Assembly (NCBI GenBank): GCA_013265495.1
Contig: MU058221.1
Location: 2,356,001 to 2,420,000, forward strand
Length of the DNA stretch: 64,000 bases
Direction of reading: 5' to 3'
DNA from: Vicugna vicugna
Lineage: Eukaryota
Part shown: in pieces, positions 12,050-22,795 of the stretch
How positions within the stretch are numbered: position 1 is the first letter of the stretch
Layout of the letters: each line of letters begins with the position of its first letter
Notes under the pieces: model-generated
Told to the model about the DNA's origin: nothing
The model's input: only the letters and a program-made list of their open reading frames with translations
The model's database searches: none
Position numbers and translations under genes: made by a program

Positions 12050-12480
12050 AGGGGACTCACCCTACCTGACTTTAAAACCTACTGTGAAGTTGCAGTCATC
12101 AAGATGGTGTGACGCTGGTGGAAGGAGGGACAGCTGGATCCGTGGGAACGCACAGAGAACAGATAGGAAGGTTCCCACGCACGTGGTCAAGTGACCTTCA
12201 ACAAGGAGTCCAAACAATTCAATAGGGAAACTGCCCTGACCCTCACTGGACTCCATCCATGCACAGAAGTCAATTTGAGATGAACTGTAACCCCAGACAT
12301 AGACGGTAAACCTGCAAAATTCGTAGTTAGTTACTCCTGTGAAGTTAATGGTCACTATTGGAGAAGAGCGTTGTGACACTGGAGCAAGCGACGGTTTCTC
12401 AGACACAACCCTGAGCGCCTGAACTTCAAAGGGTGTTTGGGCTTCCCCGCTTGGAGAAGGCTTGTGCTGGGACCCCTGAA
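12050..12480 (+). mobile_element. Old LINE-1 ORF2 internal fragment
   Basis: ggactcaccctacctgactttaaaacctactgtgaagttgcagtcatcaagatggtgtg...ttcaacaaggagtccaaacaattcaatagggaaa. Confidence 0.75.
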
Positions 12481-12949
12481 GATGCACCTTTCATTGAGAG
12501 ACCTGGTTCCGTGACTTACCTTCTGTTCCATCTATGCATAACATGCTAAAGTCATAGGCGTGGCCCCGGGGAATTTTGTCTTAAAAGCAAGAACTGAATT
12601 GTGACATTGAAGACAAATCAGACACAGCCCTCCAGGTATTTCTGGAGTCTGATCTTTAGTATCCATCAAGCTGTGTTATAATTAAAGTCTCTCACGTCAG
12701 GACGCTGCAGTCGAGTTGTGATACACACCGTCAGAGAGAAACACTCAGAGGCCACACCCCCTCCCACAAAACCGGGCCAGGCCAGCCGCGCTGCAGTTAC
12801 GTGGGATGCATTTTATACGTGTGGAACCAGTTATAGAAACGCCATCAGAGGAGGGAAGCAGTAAACACAGTACATTAATATTTTAAATGTTGGTTTGAAA
12901 AAAAAATTAAGCATGGCCGGGTGAGGAGCAAATGCTCAAAGAACTTCCC

Positions 12950-13260
12950 TCGAATAAAAGCAATATTCTCGGTTATATGACCCGCAGCAAATCGGCTTCA
13001 GCTGCGTTTTTATTTACCAATTTGTGTTTGGCGTTGCCACTTGGAGAGGCTCCCCTATCCCGGTTTATGGCAGCTTTTACATAAATTGCGAGGAGGATTG
13101 GGGTGTAAAACTGTCAGTTCCCGGCAGCTCACAAACTAATGAGTTTAAATTTCAAGTGGGGGGCTTTAAAACAGGTGGGGGCTGTTTTCCTTATCTGATA
13201 GTACCTCCAGCGGTAAGTGGCGGTCTATAAATGCTGGGGACGGCTCCCTTCCCTGGTGAG
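12950..13260 (+). promoter_or_regulatory. Putative enhancer or alternative first exon
   Basis: Repeat-free, motif-dense segment: TTTATGG/TTTACATAAA, CTTATCTGATA (double GATA), strong donor GCG|GTAAGT at 13212/13213, TATAAA at 13226-13231. Confidence 0.35.
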
Positions 13261-14383
13261 AAGGAAATTCTCTCCCCTCCCTCCCTCTTTTCTTTCTCAC
13301 TCTGTTCCTTTCCTGTCAAATATCACACTCTGGCGAATTTCACCTTTGCAAAAGGCATGACATAAGTTGTTTTAAAAACTGATTCGAACCAGAGAGACTT
13401 TATTCACCCTCATCAATCTCTTCCCCACTCTCCCCGTTGTGTCGTGACCACCACTCAGGTCTCTCCTCTGTTCTTCGTCCAGGTTTGTTACTCCTGTAAG
13501 GCAGGCGGACACACAGACACACAGACACACTCGTGCACGCGCCCCCCCACTTTTAAGAACCATCAGCGTAACCAAGCAACCTGTTTAGAGGTACTTTCAC
13601 TTGCTAAGGAAATAAGTAAGATTGGATTTGAAAGTCTGTTATGTCCTTGCTAGCTTCAAAATCAACCAGCCTTACCAATAATGCTTAAGGAGGAGAAAAA
13701 CCCCGAAACACGGACCAATCAAATACTGCCAATCTGATGGTCAGAGGAGCACATTGTCTCTCTCTCTCTCTTTTTCTTTTTTCTCCCTCTGGAACTACTT
13801 TCTTCCCATTACTGTTCCTTCTGCAGTAACTAAAGTGTTGCAAAGAAATGCGAGAAACCAACTATATGAGGTTTCTTGTTTAGCCCGATGTCTGGTTTCC
13901 TTTGGATTCTATGTGATTTTATTGCTGTCTTGGTGTTTTGGGGACCGAGAGCTGGGACCTGAGGTATATTTCTCTTGAAGGTTCCAGGGGATGGTTGGTC
14001 CGAAGATTTAGTGTAAGTATCAAACCAGCTGATGTCCCTGTTCCGACCATGTTTCGTTACCTGACTCCATTTTGTTCTGGTTCAGTTTTACAGAATTAAG
14101 GGGATTTCTTTTCTTTTTTTCCAAGTAGTTCACAAAGTTTTTGGAGGTTCTGTTTTTTTATTTTGCGTTCGTTTGAACAGTGTCCTAAGAGTGATGCTGA
14201 GGAGACCCGGTCTTGGCTCCTTTGACCTTGTTTGCCCGGTACTGGCATAACGGGGCATAGCTTACGGTATGCACTTCATATTGTTTTGCTCAAAGAACAA
14301 ATAAATTAAACACAGCAAATCCCCAAAAAAAAAAAAAATGCCAAGGATTTGCGAGGAAGGCCTTCTGACCTCTGTCTTCACAG

Positions 14384-14435
14384 CCCGGGGAGCCATTGCT
14401 TCTTACCTTCGTGCTCCTGGGTCCGCTCTGGGCAG
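14384..14435 (+). other. Candidate 52-nt cassette exon
   Basis: Branch-like ctgac (14365), tctgtcttcacag acceptor, CAG|GTGAGG donor. Confidence 0.3.
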
Positions 14436-16929
14436 GTGAGGCCACTGGTCTGGTGCCTTCAGATGAGATGGTCATCTGTTTGGATTAGGTTCATGAGTGT
14501 CTTACAATTCAGAATTCATAGATGCATTTTATTTTCTTCAAAACTGTTTCTATCTCCAAACAGGGGGGAAAGTTGGAGATTGAATGTTCCTTTATTAGAT
14601 GAGCAGAGTCTTGTCTCTCTGCCAGGATCAAATTGTACTCTTACTTCTCCGCATCTTCTAGTGTAAAGTCCCTTTTAAGCAAAGGAGTTTCCACTGTGTC
14701 AGCCGGGAGATGATATGTTCTAACCAGCAGCCTAATTGGATCATTTCCGGAACAGGATGTGGAGGGCTGTACCGGATTGCTCCCTGTGGTCTCTTGCGCT
14801 GAGAAGGTAACTGCCCGTGCTCCCTGTTTAACTGCATTATAATCATGATTGGGTTATCCCTGCCTAATGGGAAAGGGAGGATGGCCTTCTGTTTGAGGAA
14901 GTGATTTGACTTCTCCATCCCTGAAGAAATACCAGGTTTTAGATCCTCTGTCTCCTTTTGATCTCATGCGGGAAATGCACTCAGAAGTTGGCCATTTGAG
15001 ACATAATTTGCTTTGATTTTTCTAGACATTTTTAACGTGGATAGACAAGGGCCACACAGTCACTGACAAAATTTGATTTGACGTGTATCCTGCGGTCCTA
15101 CCTGTAGCCATGTAAGTAGCCACTGGGAATTTTAAAGCTAGTTGCATCAGCACCAGTTTCGAAATTCCCAAATCAGGATGGAGGCGTTCAGTGAATGCAA
15201 CAGCCCTGCGACATCCTGTGGTCTGTTAACAGCCTCTGTTGGCTGCTCGGCCCCCAGGCTAGCAACCTAAGGACGGGTCTTAGAGGCTCTGGGTCACAGA
15301 TGTGCACAGAAGAGAGACAGAACCAGTGGAGTCTCTCTAGTTACCTGCAGCGTGTCGGGCCAGGCGGAAGCTGGGGCTGGGAAATCCCAGGTACTTGGAG
15401 CAGTTTGAACAGTTTGGGGGCGAGGGGAAGTCGGAGAGGCATGGGCGAAGAAATGGTCCTTGAGTTCTCTCGCCTTCCGCGAGGATGTTCTGGAACAGCC
15501 ATTCCTGGGAGCTCCGCCAGAGTCGCCCGCCTTGCTAGGGTGGGCTGGCCTCCCTGCGGGTGTAATTCACTGTGGTATCATTAGCGTCAGGGACCTCGCC
15601 TTTTCTCACTTCCCAGGTTATACCGGGCTTCTTGACCAAAATCTGCGCTGTATTTTTTCATGGCGGGTAAAAGGCAGTATGTTCGTGAATTTTTAATATG
15701 CCTGTCAAGATCTTACAAGGAGAGATGACTCTGGGAGGAATATAAGGATGCTAGCCGTAGAATGGAAAGTGGATCATAATCTCAAAATAGTAAATGCGAG
15801 CTCACTGGCTTTCCCACAGAGAGGTAATGTATCTCGGTGAGACGAGAGAGCGCTTGGGGAAGCGTTCCACCAGCTCCCTTCTCCTGCGCCAGCCCAACCT
15901 CCTGGGCTCCCCTTAAGTCACACATGTAGGTACCTCTCAGGTGGCCCCACATTACCACGGACAGGAAGAAGCCCTCTTTCTTGGCCCCTGATCTATGCTC
16001 TGTAATGGGGTTTAGGAGCAAGCCAGATGGGAATGGCAGGAAGCATGGAGAGGTAGACGCAAGGAAATGGGAGAAATAAAATCACAGATGCGGAAAGCAG
16101 AAAGACACCAGAGCAGTCACCCGGCAGGAGCACCACGCGGGCTGGAGCTGGGTGTGCGACGTCCCTGATAGATGCGTCCTGTGCGAGACGTTTCCGTCGA
16201 CCCGGGGCACATGCGGTGCTTTCTGTAGGCAGGGTGTTCCTTTGTGGGGGGAGATCCTGTTGTTATAAAGCCCTTTTTTAAAAATTTTAATTGACCCCAA
16301 ATCACTCTTTGAGGAACGTCCGACACATCGGCTCTGGGTCGTTATACGTGACAGTCCTTTTCTAAGAACTGACACACCCAACTGCAGCTCACGGTGAATT
16401 TGCCAAAGACAGCTTCAGGAGTCATAATGAGTGGTAATTACACCGCTTTCTGAATTAACTAAAGGGAGCAGGACTTCTAGCGCAATGATGCTTCTCATGC
16501 ACTTGAGTCAGTGTGGAGCCGGGCTGCATGGAGCGTGTCCGTTAGCTGCTTCCGACACTTCCTCTCTGGTGTGGTGTATTTTGCGTGCTCTTCGGTTGGC
16601 GGTTCCTGAGGCACTTATGTATGTGGATGAAGCAGAGGAAACCATCAGGGGAAAGATTACCCGTACTTCACTTCCACCTGTGATGTTTTGGATGCAGGAA
16701 TGAAGATGAGGAAACAGGAGGCATGAGCAGCTCCTCAGCTGTGGTCCCCAGCTCAGTGCCCGGCAGAAACGGGATTTCGAGGTGCAGTTCAGAAGAGCTG
16801 GGTCCCTGGAAGAAGCAGTTAGAACTACCTGAGTGGTGGTGATAAATCCCAAGTCAAGTTAGAGAAGATTTTAATATCAGAAGGGGAGTTCAGTGCTTTT
16901 TCTGAGCAGGGAGAAGCCATCGGTCATTC

Positions 16930-17300
16930 CAGAAGTATCGGCAAGGACAGGCCAGCTTGGCCTGAGGTGACCAGCATCCTGCCCCGCATCTCGGCGTCTT
17001 GATGCAACGACTGTTTTCTCGTCATTCATCCTCCATAACGAATGTGGGTGGGTGGGGTCTCTGCTCATCATAGTCACTGAGGGGCCCGGGGTGGTCATGT
17101 GTCCTTCCTGACACATGTTTTCTGAAAGTCACGGGAGAAGGGCATGTGGCAGGTAACACGCAGGCTCCTAGAGCTTTGGCCTGAGGGTGGCAGACGTCTC
17201 TTCTAGTCACATTTCATTGGCCAAAGCAAGTCATGTTGCTGTTGCCATGCCAGACTGAAAAGGGGGCGGCGGCATTCGATCTCACGATGGGTGCAAAAAG
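16930..17300 (-). mobile_element. MaLR LTR, MLT1K/J-like, old
   Basis: ggtctctgctcatcatagtcactgaggggccc and cttctagtcacatttcattggccaaagcaagtcatg. Confidence 0.65.
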
Positions 17301-17639
17301 CGAGTCGGGTCATTTCAGAACAGCTCTGCTAATGTCCACTTCAGATCATGAGAGGAAAATGATGGCTTAAAAATTATGCCAGGGGGTGGCACCCAGGAAA
17401 CCTTCTTGAGTTCAGTATCACAGTTGAGTTCTAAATGCTGGGTGATTTTGAAAAGGCACAATTTTCTTAAAAGTTTAGAGGGATTTACTGAAGACATCAT
17501 GTCCCTCCCCTCGTTTTTTTTTTTGTTTTTGTTTTTTTTTTTTGCATCTTGCTTGTGGCTCCTTTTTGAAGCTGTCACGTTTCACCTGTGTTGATGAATT
17601 ACCTTGAGACACGTGGAGAGAAGCCTCTTGTGAAGAGGC

Positions 17640-17960
17640 GTGGGGCTTCCTCCTGGGGTCAGTTTTGCTCAGTATTTTTATTAATGACTTGGATTAAACA
17701 GGAAGAAAAAGAGAGGAGGTGGGAGAGGGGCGACGTTGATTGAATCTGCATGAGGCAAAGAGCCGGCATAGAGGGTTAACAGAAAGAGCAGAGAATTCAG
17801 GTGACCTTGGTGGGCGCAGGTAGACCTCCGGGGTAAACGTAAGAGGAAGAAATAGCTTTTTATGTAGTTTTTTTTTTAAATCACCTCTATGTGCAGGGGT
17901 TTGTGAATATCCGACTTGAAATCAATGATTTCAAATCCTTCCCAGAGCTTTTAGCTTGTC
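17640..17960 (+). mobile_element. L3/CR1 LINE fragment
   Basis: ctcagtatttttattaatgacttggat...ttgattgaatctgcatgaggcaaagagc...agcagagaattcaggtgacctt resembles the CR1 RT region. Confidence 0.5.
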
Positions 17961-18439
17961 GCAAGTGATATAAACCATTAATAGTACTGGCTATCTAAAA
18001 ACACACTATTCACTGGATCGATGACCGTGACCCAGATGCCCCGCTCTGGCATTACTGAGCAGTCAAAAACATCTGTCCAACGAATGAATGAATTTAAAGA
18101 AAGGTGTTTCCTGGTTTTCCAAAAGTAACACCCACACGCTGAGAAGGACCAAGTTCCCCCCTTTATAGGGAGTCCTAGGTTTGTTCTCAATAATCCAGAA
18201 GCGCACAGACGCTCATACTCCTGCCTGTGCTGACTTGGACTCCTTCACAAAGTATAACGAGGAGCAGTAAGCACGCTAACGCGATGGCGAACCCGAGGGT
18301 CTTTGAAAGACCCAGTTAATGTGATCCTGGCAGTTTTGGTTGGAGGCGTGACTGTCTGGACACCCGCATGTGGCGTGTGCAATCACCACTGGGAAAAGGA
18401 ATCTGACTGAGGAATCCAGCAGCTGGGCTGGTGGTGTCT

Positions 18440-18655
18440 CTGTCATCTACCAGCCTTGAGACGCTGGACAGGTCATGACCCTCTAAGTTAAGACATTAAC
18501 TTCACATCAACCTACTTAGCTTGAGATTCTTCATCTGTGGGGAAAGGCTTGGAGTGTGCAGGTTGGGGTGCAGTTGCCCTGGCCACCTTAGGGAGGAAGC
18601 CGAGTGAAAGAATGTATGTGAAAGCTTTGGGTACATTGCAAAGTGTTTCACGAAG
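18440..18655 (+). mobile_element. MIR SINE
   Basis: ttcttcatctgt...gaaagaatgtatgtgaaagctttgg...ttgcaaagtg. Confidence 0.5.
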
Positions 18656-19480
18656 ATGGTGACATTTTCCAAATGGCCTCAAGAAACTGATTTGGTTTTG
18701 CAACACAAACATACTCCTTGGGAGGCGAGGATTACCAGCGTGTCTATCAGAGACTTTTCAAAATAAATACAGTGACTCAAATGTGTTTCCAGCTGATGCT
18801 CTGACGATTACTAACCGAGCAGCCGTTACAGAGCAGTCAGACCCACCGGCCCGTGCCCTAATCCTGTTACGAGGCAGGCCGGACGCCCCTTACTTTGCCG
18901 TGTCAGCCTTCCTCCGGCGGATACCGACAACCGTTAGGCCCGTTACGAAAGGCCCTCTGAACATTTGGGAAGTCATTTTTCACTGTGAGGCAGCAGTCGC
19001 GGCCCTGCAGACTCCCTTCAGGCTGCAAACCATTCTGTGACTGGTTTACTACGTGCATCCTGAACCGAGGGCGGCAGTCACAAAGCTGAAAACCCAAATG
19101 ATGGAGGTACTGTGTGCTGCTCACGGCGCACAGAACGTGAGTGCGCAACACGTGGCAAACCGAATATTGTGTGCTGAGCAAACGGGCAGAGGAAAGGCGG
19201 CGGGGGCGAACTCTGCCCACTTCCAGGAAGCAACCCCATTTCAGGCCTGTTGCGAGGAAGCAGGTCTCATCAGGCGGTGTTAACAGCATCGCGCCCCCAG
19301 CCAGCTGGGCAGCTTTGCGTCGAGTTCCTGACGGCTGTCTCTGTAGACGCAGGTCTGAGGCTCCCCGCCCTTCCTTCTGGTTGGAGGGCGCCCTCTCGGT
19401 GTGGGTAGGTTCCCTCCCGCACGTGGGCTTCTCTCTGGAGCGATCAGAGTTGGCAACTGCAGGGAAAATGGAGGTGCTCT

Positions 19481-19650
19481 AAGGTAGCATTTCGCAAACA
19501 TTAATGTGCATGGAAGTCACCTGGGGATCTGATTAAATTGCCGATTTTTTTCAGGCGGTCTGGGCTGGGGCCTGACACCTGCACTTGTAACAAGCTCCAC
19601 GGTGATTCCCAAATGGCTGGTTCCCAGCCCCCATCTGGAGCGGCAAAGGA
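19481..19650. mobile_element. MER5-family hAT-Charlie MITE
   Basis: tgtgcatggaagtcacctggggatctgattaaattgccgatt...ggtctgggctggggcctgac...ctgcacttgtaacaagctcc..ggtgat. Confidence 0.75.
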
Positions 19651-20024
19651 ACCCCCATGTTTTCAGTCCTGGCTAGAGGTATGAGGCTCGCTCTCTCTCT
19701 TTCTCTCTCCGTAGCCATTCTGGCAACTGGAAAGAGCTCCTAGAGTTTCCAGAAGAGACAAAGGAATGGGTAGTAATCAGTGCAGAGCCTGCCGGTCGCC
19801 CGGTTCTCCGGGGCGGCGGGCGACCACGTCTGAGACTTCTTTCCCACGGAAGGCCTGCGTCTCTTGGCTGTGGCTCTGCTGTCCCAGGAGCAGGAGAACT
19901 TTTAAACCACAGAAAGGACCGCTGAGTTCAGAGAAGCTCCCTGTCCAGACCGTCATCATCTTTGTGCTGCTTTCTTAGAGAAGAAGTAGAATTCCCGTTT
20001 AAGCCAAAACGGACGTGCACACCT

Positions 20025-20240
20025 GATAATAACGCTTGCCCTTTACTGAGCTTGCTCTGTCCTGTGTTGCACGGAAATCATCTTACGTAGCTCCTGTGTC
20101 AGTCCTACAGCACAGACCCTGTAATTTCCCATCCCTTACAGACAAGGGCTCTAAGCTCGACGCCAGAGCCCAGTCTCTGATGCATCCTCGCGGTGATGGT
20201 CAGGCCAGCTTTTAACCTGCGGGCGTTCTGTTTCTCCTTG
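20025..20240 (-). mobile_element. MIR SINE
   Basis: ataataac...tttactgagcttgctctgt...cagtcctacagcacagaccctgt...cccatcccttacagacaagg. Confidence 0.55.
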
Positions 20241-20325
20241 ATTATTTGCACAAGGACAGACGGGAGGATCAGCATATATTTGTGGAATCTGTGGGAGTAG
20301 ACATATTAAATCATCAAGTCTGTGC

Positions 20326-21393
20326 TGTATCGGTCTCAGTCCCTTTTGGCTGATAGAACAGAGCATTACGAACTAGGCATCTTATAAAAAAATAGGAATT
20401 TATAGCTCGCTGTTCTTGGAACTTGGAAGTCCAAGAGCATGGCCCCAGCGTGAGTGAGTTTGTACCCAGAACCTTCTTGCTCTGTCTTCACTTGGTGGAA
20501 AGGGCTAGGGAGCCGTGAGGGACCTCTTTTCTAAGATCCACGAGGGCTCCGCCCTCATGACTTAAGCGCCTCCCACGCAAGTTTTAGGATGATTTGTTCT
20601 AGTTCTGTGAAAAGTGTCCTGGGTAATTTGATAGGGATCGCATTAAATCTGTAGATTGCCTTGGGCAATGTGACCATGTTAACAATGTTGATTCTTCCAA
20701 TCCAAGAGCATGGGATGTCTTTCCGTCTCTTTAAGTCATCTTTAATTTCCTTAATCAATGCCTTGTAGTTCTCTGTGTATGAGCCTTTCACCTCCTTGGT
20801 CAGATTTACTCCTGAGTATTTTATTGTTGTGGATGCAGTTTTAAAAGGGATTGTTTCTTTATTCTCTTCTTCTGATATTTCATTGTTAGTGTAAAGAAAT
20901 GCAACTGATTTCTGTATGTTAGTCTTGTATCCTGCTACCGTGCTGAGTTCTTTGATCAGCTCTAGTAGTCTCTGTGTGGAGCTTTCAGGGTTCTCTATAT
21001 ATAGTATCGTGTCGTCCGCATATAGTGACAATTTTACCTCTTCTCTGCCAATTTGGATCCCTTTTCTTTCTTTCTTTGCCTGATTGCTGAGGCTAGGACT
21101 TCCAAAACTGTTGAACAGAAGCAGTGAGAGCGGGCATCCTTGTCTTGTTCCAGATTTTAGTGGGAAGGCATTCAGTTCTTCACCGTTGATTGTTATGCTG
21201 GCTGTGAGTTTGTCATAAATAGCTTTTATTATGTTGAGATATGTTCCCTCTATACTCAGTTTGGTAAGAGTTTTACCATAAATGGGTGTTTTAAGCACCT
21301 CCCAGTGGCTCCACCTATTAATACCACCACCTTTAGGGGGTTAGGATTTCAACATATGAGCGTTGGGGAGACACAGATATTCAAACCACAGCA
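20326..21393 (-). mobile_element. MLT1A-like MaLR LTR split by an L1 insertion
   Basis: Left half ends ...gagggctccgccctcatgacttaagcgcctccca; right half continues ttaagcacctcccagtggctccacctattaataccaccacc...ttaggatttcaacatatgag...gacacagatattcaaaccacagca. Confidence 0.85.
20576..21290 (-). pseudogene. LINE-1 ORF2 reverse-transcriptase-domain fragment
   Basis: ORF 20555-21298 contains [37 protein letters not shown] and [13 protein letters not shown]; flanked by 14-bp TSD ttaagcgcctccca / ttaagcacctccca. Confidence 0.95.
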
Positions 21394-21469
21394 ATATCTT
21401 TAAATGTAATCTGTTGCACTTGGAATAAATACAGCATAGTTTTTGTTTTGTTTTTAAGAAAAAGGGCAT

Positions 21470-21650
21470 AGCGAGGAGAGTGGAACTTGAAAATTCTCAT
21501 CATAAGAAAAAAAAATGTAACTGTGTGGTGATGAGTGTTAACTGGAGTTCGTACGCTTACCATCTTGCAATATATACAAATATTGAACCATGATGTTGTA
21601 CACCTGAAACCAATTTAGTGTTATGTCCGCTATACTTCAATTTATAAAAA
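21470..21650 (+). mobile_element. LINE-1 3' tip (L1MA-like)
   Basis: ttctcatcataagaaaaaaaaatgtaactgtgtggtgatg...catcttgcaatatatacaaatattgaaccatgatgttgtacacctgaaac...tatacttcaat. Confidence 0.8.
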
Positions 21651-22678
21651 GAGAGAGGGAAAGAAGAAAGGGTCCATTTGCCTCCAAAAGGTATTTTGGC
21701 TCTAATTTTGGTTTTGTTTTACATCAGGAACAGGGTTACTTGCACATAGATGCTCAGTTGGTATTTATTCAACCGTGGGAGAAAATAAAGAGCGACTAGA
21801 AAGGGAAGTAGCGGAGGAAGGCGAGACCTGTCATTCGGATCATCCTAAGAGGACAGCGAGACCCAAACATGTTGGAGGGATCCTGAAGGGTTGCCTGCCT
21901 TACACAGCTGTCAGCTGAGGCCCTTAACAGCTGTCTGTCTTCGGTTAGTGTTCCTCTCGCTTTGGGCAGGGTTTCTGTGCACACGAGACCCCCAGCCCCG
22001 CTTGGAGACAGACAACGGACACCAGCATGCTGAAGATCCCAAGAGCTGAAGCCGTGAAAAGCCCAGCCCGATCTGGCCACGGAAACACTCTTCCTTGGAA
22101 GACCCCGTTCCAGCCCCAGGCGGCCCGGGAATTGCTCTGTAGGGAACGCTTTTGAGGAGTCGGCAAACTTGGTTTTCCTAGTAGAGGAATCGTGTAAATT
22201 CAAGGACCTCACAGTGTGGGCCAGTTCTTAAATTTTCTTTCCTAGAATTGTAGGAGCAGAAGTGGAAAGCTGGTCTGAACAGGAAGGGCTGCCCACCAGA
22301 GACAGCCCGTTTCTCACTCACACGGAGCCAAGAGAAGGAGGTTCTGAGGAAGCCAGCACCTGGCCGGAGGCTGTGGGGGTCGGCCTCTCGGTCCCCGCCC
22401 TGGTGCTCTGCCCGCATCCCAGCAGCCAGCTTTGTTTTCCGTGGGGTCCTTTGCCTTTTGACCTGCCTGCTGACCTCAGTGTCCCCAGCTGTCCTTTTCT
22501 TGCTTTCACCAGGATACGCCCCTGCACAGGCAATTTTCATTTTAAGGATTCCGCTTCTCTCAACCAGAAAACAAATAATAAAATTTTTAAAAAGTTAGAA
22601 ATTCCTCTCCAAGTGCCCAGATCTTGAGTTGCTGACTCCGTTTTGTAGTGAAAGCAACATTCGGCCTCCACTCCTTGC

Positions 22679-22795
22679 TTTTTTTAAATTTTTTCTTTCA
22701 ACTGAAGTACAGTCAGTTACAGTGTGTCAGTTTCTGGTGCACAGCACAATGTCCCCATCATGCACACACACACACACACACACACACATACTCGT
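22679..22795 (-). mobile_element. Very short LINE-1 3' tip with (CA)n tract
   Basis: T tail then actgaagtacagtcagttacagtgtgtcagtttctggtgcacagcacaatgtcc, then (ca)n; degenerate TSD tccactccttgctttt / tccgctgttgctttt. Confidence 0.75.
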
